Shown here: positions 1 through 8,793 of the stretch, in pieces | How positions within the stretch are numbered: position 1 is the stretch's first letter | Layout of the letters: every line of letters begins with the position of its first letter | From: Nitrosopumilus maritimus SCM1 | GTDB taxonomy: Archaea > Thermoproteota > Nitrososphaeria > Nitrososphaerales > Nitrosopumilaceae | Direction of reading: 5' to 3' | DNA length: 32,000 nt | Assembly: GCF_000018465.1 (NCBI RefSeq) | Contig: NC_010085.1 | Coordinates: 1,470,001 to 1,502,000, forward strand | Translations under genes and position numbers: made by a program | The notes under the pieces: generated by a model | The model's input: only the letters and a program-made list of their open reading frames with translations | What the model was told of the DNA's origin: nothing | The model's database searches: none

Positions 1-123
1 ACCAAATGCTGGTTTCTTTGCTTTTGATTTGGTTGCTTTCTTTTTTGGTGCAGCCTTTTTCTTTGGTGCAGCCTTCTTTTTTGTGGTAGTTTTTCTTTTG
101 GTTGTTTTCTTTTTTACTGCCAA
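1..123 (-). CDS. Partial lysine/alanine-rich basic protein (histone-H1-like tail), N-terminus only, probable TTG start
   Basis: Minus-strand frame from TTG at 123 reads MAVKKKTTKRKTTTKKKAAPKKKAAPKKKATKSKAKKPAFG... to the window edge. A TATA-like CTTATACTTTA lies about 25 nt upstream. Start codon uncertain. Confidence 0.55.
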   Translation of the reverse strand, partial: MAVKKKTTKRKTTTKKKAAPKKKAAPKKKATKSKAKKPAFG

Positions 124-159
124 TTTCTTGTAGTTGTATTCGAAATAAAGTATAAGAAC

Positions 160-816
160 TTAGAGCTTTACGTAATGTAAAACTAGATGATTTTTGAGCC
201 TCTTTACTGATTTGAGTCTGAGATTAGGAGAATGAGAAATTCTGCTAAATCCAGTACCTCGTAAATAGGAAATAGAGTCTTCTCCACCAAGTAAGTAAGG
301 AGATATCGTTAGTATCATTTCATCAAAGAGATTATGTTTTACAAATTCCCAGTTTACAGTTCCTCCTCCTTCAACCAGTATTGTTTTGATTTTCTTTTTT
401 GATAGTTTTTTCAACAGTAATTTTAAATTCACAGAATCATTACCGGTACTAATTATTTCAACAGGGAATTTTTCTAGTTTTTCAAGATTTTTTTTAGTAA
501 TTTTTTTAGATATTGCAATTATCGTTGGAACTTTGTTACTTGATTGAAGAATTTTTGATGTTTTTGAAATAGTACCTTTAGAATCTAAAACAATTCTGAT
601 AGGGTTTTTTCCTTTAACATGACGAACAGTCAAGAGAGGATTATCACGTGATGCGGTATTTTTTCCAATAAGAATTGCATCTACACTTGAACGTAATTTA
701 TGAAGTCTTTGAATATCTTTTTGTGATGAAAGTTTTGAATCGTTTGTTTTAGTTGCAATTTTTCCATCAACAGATATTGCTCCACTTAGAATAACATGAG
801 GTCTAGATTTTTCCAT
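160..816 (-). CDS. arfC: RibD C-terminal domain reductase (2,5-diamino-6-ribosylamino-4(3H)-pyrimidinone 5'-phosphate reductase)
   Basis: 218 aa; MEKSRPHVILSGAISVDGKIAT, KTILVEGGGTVNWEF and the DEMILTISPYLLGG pattern are typical of the archaeal RibD_C/RIB7 reductase; clustered with riboflavin genes. Confidence 0.88.
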   Translation of the reverse strand: MEKSRPHVILSGAISVDGKIATKTNDSKLSSQKDIQRLHKLRSSVDAILIGKNTASRDNPLLTVRHVKGKNPIRIVLDSKGTISKTSKILQSSNKVPTIIAISKKITKKNLEKLEKFPVEIISTGNDSVNLKLLLKKLSKKKIKTILVEGGGTVNWEFVKHNLFDEMILTISPYLLGGEDSISYLRGTGFSRISHSPNLRLKSVKRLKNHLVLHYVKL

Positions 817-1993
817 GAACTATTTTACCTCCAATCATTACTGCTTGGATTGCAGATTCAGATGCTCTATGTACAATAGATGCATATGGTTCATGCATTG
901 GTTCTAAATCTAATGCATGTTTGTTTAGAAATATGCAATCAGCAATTTTTTTGGTTTCAATTACTCCAATGTCTTTTTTTAGTATTTTTCCTCCATTTAC
1001 GGTAGCCATTTTCAAAATTTCTTTAGGATTGATTCTTTTTTTATGAATGCCCATTGTGACTTTCCAAAGATAATCCATTTCTCTGAACATGTCAGGAGAG
1101 TTTATCATAACATTATCTGTGCCTAATCCAAGCGTACAACCGGCCTTTTGCATCAAAGTAATGTCAGGAATTCCTTCAGCCAAAGAAGAATTTGCTCTTG
1201 GGCAAACTACTATTCCTCGAGTTTTTTTTGCAGCTAGATGAAGATCACTGTTTGATGCATGAGTCATATGAATAAGAAAATGAGGTTTCATGGACAATGC
1301 ACGAATCACTTCAGATTTTCTAGTCATCTTTTTAGATCTTGAAACGCTCTGTTTTGTTTCAGCAGAATGAATTGCTCGAATCTTTGATGTCTTTGAGTAA
1401 TGATTCAATGTTGAAGTACTGTTCTCATTTGCACCACTAACTCCAATACCATCACATTTTTGAAGAATTAGAGGCAATTCCTTGGCTTTTTCTTTAGGAA
1501 TGGGGAGATTTTTTTTGATTTCAGTTGAATTTTGGTAGAAATTAACCCTACCCAAAATAATTGATCGGATTGGAATTTCAGATAATGTTTTTTTCAACAA
1601 GATAACACCATCTAAACCCCCTTCTCTAAAATCAACAAAGGTGGTTATTCCTTTTCTAATCATAGAATGACATGTATTTTTCATAAAATTAGACAAATTT
1701 TCAGGAGGAGTGTTTTTTAGAATTTTTGACTTTGCCCCAAAAACAGGATGTATTTTTTTATCTACAGAACTTTCTAGAGTGACATCTTTTCCAATTGAAT
1801 CACCTATGTGTGTATGTGCATTGATAAATCCTGGGATCAATAAAAGATCTTCACAGTCAATAGAATCCTCTTTACCACTTGGTTTAATGTTAGGTTGAAT
1901 TCGTTTGAATCTACCATCTTGAATTTGTACATTTGTTTTTGAAACAAATTCTAATTCTTTTCCTAAAAGGAGACTAATGTTCTTGATTAACAT
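803..1993 (-). CDS. Amidohydrolase superfamily protein (cytosine/SAH/chlorohydrolase-like deaminase)
   Basis: 396 aa; metal-site motifs FINAHTHIGD, IRAIHSAE, HMTHAS and GLGTDNVM; overlaps the reductase gene by 14 nt inside the riboflavin cluster. Confidence 0.85.
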   Translation of the reverse strand: MLIKNISLLLGKELEFVSKTNVQIQDGRFKRIQPNIKPSGKEDSIDCEDLLLIPGFINAHTHIGDSIGKDVTLESSVDKKIHPVFGAKSKILKNTPPENLSNFMKNTCHSMIRKGITTFVDFREGGLDGVILLKKTLSEIPIRSIILGRVNFYQNSTEIKKNLPIPKEKAKELPLILQKCDGIGVSGANENSTSTLNHYSKTSKIRAIHSAETKQSVSRSKKMTRKSEVIRALSMKPHFLIHMTHASNSDLHLAAKKTRGIVVCPRANSSLAEGIPDITLMQKAGCTLGLGTDNVMINSPDMFREMDYLWKVTMGIHKKRINPKEILKMATVNGGKILKKDIGVIETKKIADCIFLNKHALDLEPMHEPYASIVHRASESAIQAVMIGGKIVHGKI

Positions 1994-2742
1994 GATAATT
2001 CATAAACTTCAGGTTTTTCTTTTCCTGAATCTCGAATTTCACGAATTGTATCAAGCGATTTTGTGGCTAATTTTACAGCATCTCTACATGTAGAAGCATT
2101 ACCAATACCACAATTCAGAAAAATCTTATCATCATTTTTTATCATGTTAATGAAATCTTGTACAGATTTTTTTCCATCATCACTTGCAACTACCATAAAG
2201 TTATCACCTCCCATAAAAAACGTAAGTGAATTTTTTTCCAGAAAATATTTTGACATTCTTGAATATAATTGAAAGATTATAGATGAAATCTCATATGGAG
2301 AATTGGTTGTTCTTTTAGATGAAAGATCATCAACGTCCAAATGCATTATAGTGATTTTAGAATCAGATGTGTCATCATTAACAAATCCAAAAATATTGTA
2401 TTGTTTGTCTAGTACAACTTCATTCTTCTTTCCGTCATATGCTTTCAAATTTGCTTCAAATGGAGATTCAGCAAAACCAATTGAAATTGTTAGATATACT
2501 TCAAATGATTTTTCCAGTGTTTTTTGAATTTCAATGTGTTCTTCCAAGCCAACTCCATTTGAGACAACAAAAAATTCATCAGCTCTGTTTAGAAAAACAA
2601 GACAATTCTTTTCAGAAAATAATTTTTGTAATTGTTTGTACAGAGATGCTTGAAGCATTTGTAATTCATGCTCTCTATCGCTGCCCAAAGTTAAAGTCCA
2701 TGGACCATAACCTGTTATTTTCAAGATACTTAGTTGAATCAT
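1987..2742 (-). CDS. arfA: GTP cyclohydrolase IIa/III (archaeal, FAPy-forming)
   Basis: 251 aa; ITGYGPWTLTLGSDREHELQMLQASLYKQLQKLFSEKNCLVFLNRADEFFVVSNG resembles the archaeal GTP cyclohydrolase III family; operon context. Confidence 0.88.
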   Translation of the reverse strand: MIQLSILKITGYGPWTLTLGSDREHELQMLQASLYKQLQKLFSEKNCLVFLNRADEFFVVSNGVGLEEHIEIQKTLEKSFEVYLTISIGFAESPFEANLKAYDGKKNEVVLDKQYNIFGFVNDDTSDSKITIMHLDVDDLSSKRTTNSPYEISSIIFQLYSRMSKYFLEKNSLTFFMGGDNFMVVASDDGKKSVQDFINMIKNDDKIFLNCGIGNASTCRDAVKLATKSLDTIREIRDSGKEKPEVYELSC

Positions 2743-3155
2743 TTTTGAATCCTTTTGAGTTCTGATGAAATCTTTACGACTGCTTCTACGGCACGTTCAG
2801 CTACAGGTCTAATTCGGGCATGGGCATGTCTTTCCTGCATTCCAGGACCAGATATTCCTAAAGATACAGGTTTTTGGTGTTTAATCGATAAATCAGTAAG
2901 TGCCTGAGCAGCAGCATGAGAAATAACCTCATCATGTTTGGTTTGACCTTTGATAATGGCACCCAAAGTGACTACAGCATCAACATCATTTTTTTGTAAC
3001 AACGTATCAACAATTATGGGCATATCATATGCGCCTGGAACAGAACAAGTATAGGTTATTTTTAATTTCAATGAATCAGCTTTTTCTTGTGCTACTGAAA
3101 GCATTCTAGATGTCACTTCGTCATTGAATTCCGAAACCACTATAGCAATATTCAA
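2739..3155 (-). CDS. ribH: 6,7-dimethyl-8-ribityllumazine synthase
   Basis: 138 aa; VVSEFNDEVTSRML, CSVPGAYDMPIIVDTLL, AVVTLGAIIKGQTKHDEVI, PVSLGISGPG. Confidence 0.93.
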   Translation of the reverse strand: MNIAIVVSEFNDEVTSRMLSVAQEKADSLKLKITYTCSVPGAYDMPIIVDTLLQKNDVDAVVTLGAIIKGQTKHDEVISHAAAQALTDLSIKHQKPVSLGISGPGMQERHAHARIRPVAERAVEAVVKISSELKRIQK

Positions 3156-3157
3156 AA

Positions 3158-3823
3158 TTAATGCACCTTAGCGTATTCTAGTAGTTCTTTTCCATCAATT
3201 AATGGAATTCCATTTTGTTTTGCAAACTTTTCGGCTTTATCAACAGACAATGCAGTATATGTTTCAGCATCCATCATTTCACATATTGCAGATACTGGGG
3301 TTAAACCTGCAATCTGTGTAAGATAGACAGACATTTCTGTGTGTCCTTGACGTGCTGCTAGCAAACCTTTTGATGCAATAAGTAAAGGAACGTGTCCTGG
3401 TGTTTTGAAAGATGATGCAAACTTTTTTTGTTTATTTTCAACATTGTAAATATTTGCCATTTCTCGTATTGTTAATGATCTGTCATTATCAGTGATTCCA
3501 GTATAGGTTTGATAATGATTTACAGATAAGGAAAATGTTGGATGATCACCATAAGGAGCTAATCCCATAATCATTTCTTTGTTAGATATAGAAGAATCAG
3601 CTAAAATGTCATGCATGTATTTTAGTTCAAGTGAATTGGCAAATTGATTATCTATTGCAATACAAAGTAATCCACCAGCATGTTGACGCATTCGGGCAAC
3701 ATGTTCAGGAGTAACAAATTCTGCTGCAACCATCATATCAATCTCATTTTCTCGTCCAGCAGAGTCAAACAAGAGAACAAATTCTCCTCTTTTTAGAGAT
3801 TGTAGTGCAGTTTCAAGAGACAT
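3158..3823 (-). CDS. ribB: 3,4-dihydroxy-2-butanone 4-phosphate synthase (start trimmed from the ORF-track 3880)
   Basis: MSLETALQSLKRGEFVLLFDSAGRENEIDMMVAAEFVTPEHVARMRQHAGGLLCIAI and FKTPGHVPLLIASKGLLAARQGHTEMSVYL. The start at 3823 is supported by a TATA-like CTTTATAATC about 25-30 nt upstream. Confidence 0.93.
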   Translation of the reverse strand: MSLETALQSLKRGEFVLLFDSAGRENEIDMMVAAEFVTPEHVARMRQHAGGLLCIAIDNQFANSLELKYMHDILADSSISNKEMIMGLAPYGDHPTFSLSVNHYQTYTGITDNDRSLTIREMANIYNVENKQKKFASSFKTPGHVPLLIASKGLLAARQGHTEMSVYLTQIAGLTPVSAICEMMDAETYTALSVDKAEKFAKQNGIPLIDGKELLEYAKVH

Positions 3824-3865
3824 AAACAAAAAAATCCTCAGACTGATTATAAAGCTTACTTGAGA

Positions 3866-3881
3866 ATTGGTAATTACCAAT
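3866..3881. promoter_or_regulatory. 16-bp perfect palindrome ATTGGTAATTACCAAT upstream of ribB
   Basis: Reads identically on both strands; lies 12-30 nt upstream of the TATA-like box (about 3847-3853) of ribB. Confidence 0.55.
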
Positions 3882-3901
3882 AAAGTGGTAGTTTTTCAGG
3901 C

Positions 3902-4486
3902 TTATTTTAGAATATATTTTCCGAGAATGTCAGTTTCAATATTAACTTTGTCGCCTACTTTTTTTGTTTGAAAATTAGTAACCTCAATTGTATGAGGAAT
4001 TAATGAAACAGATGCAAGATTTTTTTTGATGTCAGTTACTGTCAAACTTATTCCATCAACTGCAATAGAACCCTTTTTGACTACATATTTTGCCAATTTT
4101 TTAGGTACTTCAAACCAAACTTGAACCTCTTTGGGTTTTTTTTGAATTTTTTTAATTATTCCTACACCATCCACATGTCCTAAAACAAAATGACCTTCTA
4201 GTCTATCTCCAGCCTTTAAACTTCGTTCAATGTTCACTATTCCACCAACCTCAAGATTACCAAGATCAGTTTTCTTTGTTGTTTCTTCAATCATCTCAAA
4301 TATACAACTAGATTTTGATAGTTTTGTTGCAGTAAGACACACACCATTTAGGGCAACACTTTGTCCAATTTTCAATCCCTTTGCATGTTTACCAAGATTT
4401 ACAGTCATCTGTACTGCACTTCGATTTTTTGTATTTTTAGAAATTTTTTCTACTTTACCTATTCCTTTAACAATTCCGGTAAACAT
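3902..4486 (-). CDS. ribE: Riboflavin synthase alpha-type (start trimmed from 4495)
   Basis: MFTGIVKGIGKVEKI, SVALNGVCLTATKL, LEGHFVLGHVDGVGII, KGSIAVDGISLTVTDI. Confidence 0.93.
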   Translation of the reverse strand: MFTGIVKGIGKVEKISKNTKNRSAVQMTVNLGKHAKGLKIGQSVALNGVCLTATKLSKSSCIFEMIEETTKKTDLGNLEVGGIVNIERSLKAGDRLEGHFVLGHVDGVGIIKKIQKKPKEVQVWFEVPKKLAKYVVKKGSIAVDGISLTVTDIKKNLASVSLIPHTIEVTNFQTKKVGDKVNIETDILGKYILK

Positions 4487-4519
4487 CAAAATCATCTAAT
4501 AACTGACGTATAAAATGAT

Positions 4520-5245
4520 TTAGTTAATTTTCATTTTAGATTTTTTTGAATCTAATTCTTCAAATTCATTTTCACAAACCTGATGAAAAAGAGAGCATTT
4601 GTTTTCTTTTGCTGCAATCTTGATTTTTTCCATATCTTTGTTTAGAACCCCTTGAGCTGCTAAAAATGCATTATCGCTATCTCCTAATTTTTCAAATAGT
4701 TTCGATTTTGCAAGAGGTATTTCTTTGAGGCTAGAATCTACCATTTGAGCCTTATCATAAAATTCAACTGCAACTTCATAGTCTCCCAAATGGCTGTGAG
4801 ATATTGCTTTGTTCATCAAAGCTGTAACGTCTGTTGGGTCTATCGCAAGTGCTTTTTCATAGTATTCAAGCGCCTCTTTGTGTTGATTTGATTCATTTAA
4901 TGACAATCCCATACTATTCAACGCCCATGAATCTTTAGGGTTAGAAGAGAGAATTTCTTCACATAATTTTAGAACTTGTTGGTACTCACCTAAACTTTCT
5001 AATGCATAAATTTTATTTTTCAATGCATATGTATCTGATTTTTTTATTTCAAGGACCTTATCACAATAAGATATAGCTTCTTGATATTTTTCAAGATAAA
5101 TTAAAGACAAGCAGATATTTTGAAGTGCAACCATATCATTGGGGATTTTTTCTAGGAGACTCTTGCAATAATTATACATCTCTTCATATTTTCCTGCATT
5201 AAACATTCTAGTTATGACATTGCTAGGATCTAACAGATTAACCAT
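4520..5245 (-). CDS. Tetratricopeptide-repeat protein
   Basis: 241 aa; successive TPR units, e.g. AWALNSMGLSLNESNQHKEALEYYEKALAIDPTDVTALMNKAISHSHLGDYEVAVEFYDKA. Confidence 0.85.
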   Translation of the reverse strand: MVNLLDPSNVITRMFNAGKYEEMYNYCKSLLEKIPNDMVALQNICLSLIYLEKYQEAISYCDKVLEIKKSDTYALKNKIYALESLGEYQQVLKLCEEILSSNPKDSWALNSMGLSLNESNQHKEALEYYEKALAIDPTDVTALMNKAISHSHLGDYEVAVEFYDKAQMVDSSLKEIPLAKSKLFEKLGDSDNAFLAAQGVLNKDMEKIKIAAKENKCSLFHQVCENEFEELDSKKSKMKIN

Positions 5246-5308
5246 TTCTAATAATTAGATAGAATCTCATTATCTTTAATCTATTGCAAGATAAAGATGA
5301 ATTATTGA

Positions 5309-5452
5309 TTATTTTAGGACTTTACGAATGGTTTCATTCAGCACTTTAGAGTAGCTATAGGAAGATTGTTCTTGTTGAATTAATTTTGCTTGACGTAGGC
5401 GAAGTTTCTTATCAATATCATCGTCAATCATTATGGTAACTCTCTTTGCCAT
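5309..5452 (-). CDS. Small ribbon-helix-helix-like protein (47 aa), absent from the supplied ORF track
   Basis: ATG at 5452 reads MAKRVTIMIDDDIDKKLRLRQAKLIQQEQSSYSYSKVLNETIRKVLK*; the N-terminal beta strand plus two helices fit an RHH fold. Confidence 0.72.
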   Translation of the reverse strand: MAKRVTIMIDDDIDKKLRLRQAKLIQQEQSSYSYSKVLNETIRKVLK

Positions 5453-5510
5453 GCGTGAAAAGTATGATGTTTATAATATAACATTATGTGAGGAGTCCCA
5501 AAAATGGGAA

Positions 5511-5876
5511 TTAGGTGTTTATGCTTGATATAACATGTTCAATATTGAAGGGTTTTTGAACTATAGTTACATTCAGTTTTTGTAATTTTTCCTCAGTTAC
5601 TGTACTAGTATCAGCTGTCACTGCAATTATACGTGCTTTAGGTTCAATCTCTTGGATTTTTTTGATTGCATAAAATCCAGAACCATTAGGCATGTTAATA
5701 TCAATAAGAGTAACATCAGGTTTCAATTTTTTATATAGTTTCACAGCAGTAATACCATCAAATCCATTTCCTACAATATTGATTCCTTTTTCTTCTAGAA
5801 ATTCAGAAAATAGTCGAACAGTATCCTCATCATCATCAATGATAATAACAGATCTGCTCATAAATTGATAAAACAA
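5511..5876 (-). CDS. Stand-alone response regulator receiver domain (CheY-like)
   Basis: 121 aa; IIIDDDEDTVRLFSEFLE, VTLIDINMPNGSGF, ARIIAVTA, NVTIVQKPF. Confidence 0.9.
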   Translation of the reverse strand: MFYQFMSRSVIIIDDDEDTVRLFSEFLEEKGINIVGNGFDGITAVKLYKKLKPDVTLIDINMPNGSGFYAIKKIQEIEPKARIIAVTADTSTVTEEKLQKLNVTIVQKPFNIEHVISSINT

Positions 5877-5913
5877 ATGTGTTCTTTATATTTTAGATCT
5901 CCAGATACCATAT

Positions 5914-6522
5914 ATGCCAGGATTAGACAAATTAATTTCAACATCAATCCCTATCAAAATTAAGAAAAAAATTGATGCAGATACACTAAAAAAAATTGAA
6001 CGAGAATTATTTTTAGAACATGGAATGTCAATTAAACTTGCTACAGAACATTTTCAGACATTATTAAAAATCATTAAAAAAAATTCAGAATTAGACATTA
6101 AGGAATTTGAAAATAAATGTCTAAAAGAAATCATTCAAGTAAAAAAAGTGAAAGAAAATTATCATCTAACCATACTTGATTCAAAACTGGTTCATGTGAT
6201 TTTAGATATGTTTGGAGATGATGAGACTAGAAAAATGATCACATACATTCTAAAGAGTGAACACACCATACCAGAAATTCTAAGAGAATCAGGAATACCT
6301 AAAACCTCAGGATACAGAAAGATAGAGAATCTATTAATCAGTGGATTTTTCATAGAGACTGGAAAAGTGCTTAGTGAAAGTAAAAAAATATCAAAAATAC
6401 AGTGTATTTTTCAAGAGATTTCGATAGATGCAAAAAAAGAAAAATTGACAGTTAGTGGTATTGTGCCTAAGAAAACATTTGAAAAGAGCACAACAATGAA
6501 ATCCATTCTTAAAGAATTATAG
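5914..6522 (+). CDS. Winged-helix-like putative transcriptional regulator
   Basis: 202 aa; TIPEILRESGIPKTSGYRKIENLLISGFFIETGKV is an ArsR/MarR-style wHTH signature. Divergent to the response regulator with a 37-bp intergenic. Confidence 0.6.
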   Translation: MPGLDKLISTSIPIKIKKKIDADTLKKIERELFLEHGMSIKLATEHFQTLLKIIKKNSELDIKEFENKCLKEIIQVKKVKENYHLTILDSKLVHVILDMFGDDETRKMITYILKSEHTIPEILRESGIPKTSGYRKIENLLISGFFIETGKVLSESKKISKIQCIFQEISIDAKKEKLTVSGIVPKKTFEKSTTMKSILKEL

Positions 6523-6523
6523 T

Positions 6524-7378
6524 CTACTTTACAAGATCAAGCAAGGCTTTTGCTTGTTTAAAGTGAACTTCATCAATCATTTTCCCTTCAACAGTAGTAG
6601 CACCTTTTCCTTTCTTTGTTGATTCAAGATAGATTTTGCAAACTTTTTCAGCCCATTCTATTTCATTTTTGTTTGGATGAAATAGTTTGTGAGTTACAGA
6701 AATATGATCTGGATGAATAATGCTTTTTCCAGAATAACCCAAACTTTTTCCAACTTTGCAGTCATTTTCTAATCCCTTTGAGTCTTTGAGATCCTGCCAG
6801 ATTGCATCTATTGCAGCTACACCGGCAGCTCGTGCATCCACAGGGATTTTTCTTCTAGAATATTTTGCTCCATCGGCATCTTTGGTATATTCTACACCAA
6901 GATCATTTAGGAGATCAAACACGCCAAAGACTACTGCAACTACTCTTTTACTGCTAGATGCGATTTGGTATGTATTAACAACACCTTCTGCAGATTCAAT
7001 TGAAGGAATTAGTTGTATTGGTTTTAGTTTTCGTTTTTTCTCCAATTCTGAAATGATTTTTTCAATTTTTTTGAGTTCTTTGGTATTGTTTACTTTGGGA
7101 ATAACAATTCCATCAATTCCTTTTTGAACAATTTCTTTAAGATCAGCAGGAATTTTGCCCGATAAAGTGGAATTTGTTCGAACAAAAATTGAAGACTCGT
7201 ATGACTTTTTAGATTTGAGAGCAGTTTTGATTAGCTTTCTTGCATTAACTTTTTCATTGTCTGGGACAGAATCCTCTAAATCAAAGCACACAATATCAGC
7301 CTGAAGTTTTTTTGCTTTTTCTAGAAATCTAGGATTGTTTCCAGGAACAAAAATGAGACTTCTGAAGAGCTGAGTCAT
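6524..7378 (-). CDS. HpcH/HpaI aldolase/citrate lyase (CitE)/malyl-CoA lyase family protein
   Basis: 284 aa; RSLIFVPGNNPRFLEKAKKLQADIVCFDLEDSVP, VFVRTN-like SSIFVRTNS, QLIPSIESAEGVVN, ASSSKRVVAVVFGVFDLLNDLGV. Confidence 0.85.
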   Translation of the reverse strand: MTQLFRSLIFVPGNNPRFLEKAKKLQADIVCFDLEDSVPDNEKVNARKLIKTALKSKKSYESSIFVRTNSTLSGKIPADLKEIVQKGIDGIVIPKVNNTKELKKIEKIISELEKKRKLKPIQLIPSIESAEGVVNTYQIASSSKRVVAVVFGVFDLLNDLGVEYTKDADGAKYSRRKIPVDARAAGVAAIDAIWQDLKDSKGLENDCKVGKSLGYSGKSIIHPDHISVTHKLFHPNKNEIEWAEKVCKIYLESTKKGKGATTVEGKMIDEVHFKQAKALLDLVK

Positions 7379-7385
7379 TAAATGA

Positions 7386-8462
7386 CTAAGCGCCTTCAGG
7401 CTTCATAATGATTTTGCCAAAGAAGTCACCCTTTAGCATCTTTGTATGAGCCTCTGCTGCTTGTTCGAAGGTAAAGACAGAGTCAACAATTGATTTTATC
7501 TTTCCTTGACCCATCCAGTATAGACCTTGATCTAATTCAGCTTTAGTTCCTTGTGTTGAACCTAAGACATTGATTCCTTTGAAGAAGATGTGTCTAAGAT
7601 CTATTTGTGCGTCATAACCTGTTGTTGCACCACATGAAACTAGTGTTGCACCATACTTGAGCAATGTTAGTTGCTTGTTGAAGTGAGTTTGACCAATGTG
7701 ATCAAATGCAAGATCAATTCCAGGTGCTTCACCTTTTGTTTTTGCAATTTCTTTTGAAATTTTGAAGACTTCTTTACTCCAGTCGTCTTTTCTGTGGTCT
7801 ACTGCATAATCTGCTCCAAGTTCCTTACATTTGTCTAATTTGTCAGGACTTGCAGTTGCAATGACATCACAGTTGTATAGTTTAGCAATTTGAATTGCAA
7901 AGCTTCCGACACCAGAACCACCACCCATTACGAGTACTGTTTGTCCTGGAGTAATCTTTGCTCTACCAACTAACATGTGCCAGGAGGTAAGAATTGTCAT
8001 TGAAGCTGCTGCTGCATCTTCATATGAAACTCCATCAGGAATTTTTGAAACATTGACTTCTGGTAAGTGTATTTGTTCAGAGTATGCACCCCATAGTGGT
8101 CCAGTTTGGAAACCCCAAACTTGTCTTCGGGTACAGTCAAATTCTCTTCCATCAGTACATGCACTACAAACTCTGCATGCAAGATTTGAGTGAGAGACAA
8201 CTCTGTCACCTACTTTGAAATTTTTAACATCTTCGCCTACGGCGATAACATCTCCAGCTACATCAGAACCTGAAACATGTGGAAGAGGAACTGCTACTGG
8301 AACTCCTCTCATCCCCCAAATATCATTATAATTTAGGGCAGATGCTTTATTGGTAAAAATTACCTCATCTGCTTTTGGTTTTGGTTCGTCTATATCCTGG
8401 ACTTTAAGGATCTTAGCGTAATTATCATCTGGTGCATATTCATTGTATACGACTGCTTTCAT
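7386..8462 (-). CDS. Medium-chain dehydrogenase/reductase; acryloyl-CoA/crotonyl-CoA reductase-like
   Basis: 358 aa; Zn-lobe CRVCSACTDGREFDCTRRQVWGFQTGPLWGAYSEQIHLP, AASMTILTSWHMLVGRAKITPGQTVLVMGGGSGVGSFAIQIAKLYN, VSCGATTGYDAQIDLRHIFFKGINVLGSTQG. Confidence 0.82.
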   Translation of the reverse strand: MKAVVYNEYAPDDNYAKILKVQDIDEPKPKADEVIFTNKASALNYNDIWGMRGVPVAVPLPHVSGSDVAGDVIAVGEDVKNFKVGDRVVSHSNLACRVCSACTDGREFDCTRRQVWGFQTGPLWGAYSEQIHLPEVNVSKIPDGVSYEDAAAASMTILTSWHMLVGRAKITPGQTVLVMGGGSGVGSFAIQIAKLYNCDVIATASPDKLDKCKELGADYAVDHRKDDWSKEVFKISKEIAKTKGEAPGIDLAFDHIGQTHFNKQLTLLKYGATLVSCGATTGYDAQIDLRHIFFKGINVLGSTQGTKAELDQGLYWMGQGKIKSIVDSVFTFEQAAEAHTKMLKGDFFGKIIMKPEGA

Positions 8463-8504
8463 GGAATTACAGGCTGGTTACCCATAATTATATTTTATCT
8501 GGGA

Positions 8505-8786
8505 TCAGACACGATTAAACTTAAATTCACGTTTTGGTTGTTGGGTTGAAAGTAAAATTTGCTTTAGTTGATCGTCTGTAATTTGTCCAGGGATTTTTCC
8601 CTGAGTTGCCATTCCTATCAAATATTGTTCAACTAAATCAGCCAGTTCTGGTTTTACCATTTTGATATTGTTTAATCTCATTCTTGCTTCAGGAACTAGG
8701 ATTTGTTTTAGAATCTGTTCTTTTTGTGCAGCTAGTTCGTGATTTGTATTGTCTTGAGGTTGATCGTTTGATTCAGGAAAACTCAT
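8505..8786 (-). CDS. PDCD5-family DNA-binding protein
   Basis: 93 aa; LNNIKMVKPELADLVEQYLIGMATQGKIPGQITDDQLKQIL. Confidence 0.88.
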   Translation of the reverse strand: MSFPESNDQPQDNTNHELAAQKEQILKQILVPEARMRLNNIKMVKPELADLVEQYLIGMATQGKIPGQITDDQLKQILLSTQQPKREFKFNRV

Positions 8787-8793
8787 TTTGAAT

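Noticed and set aside
7997-8209. Minus-strand 70-aa ORF inside the MDR gene, and plus-strand 7975..8193
   Set aside because: Alternative frames of the MDR reductase coding sequence.
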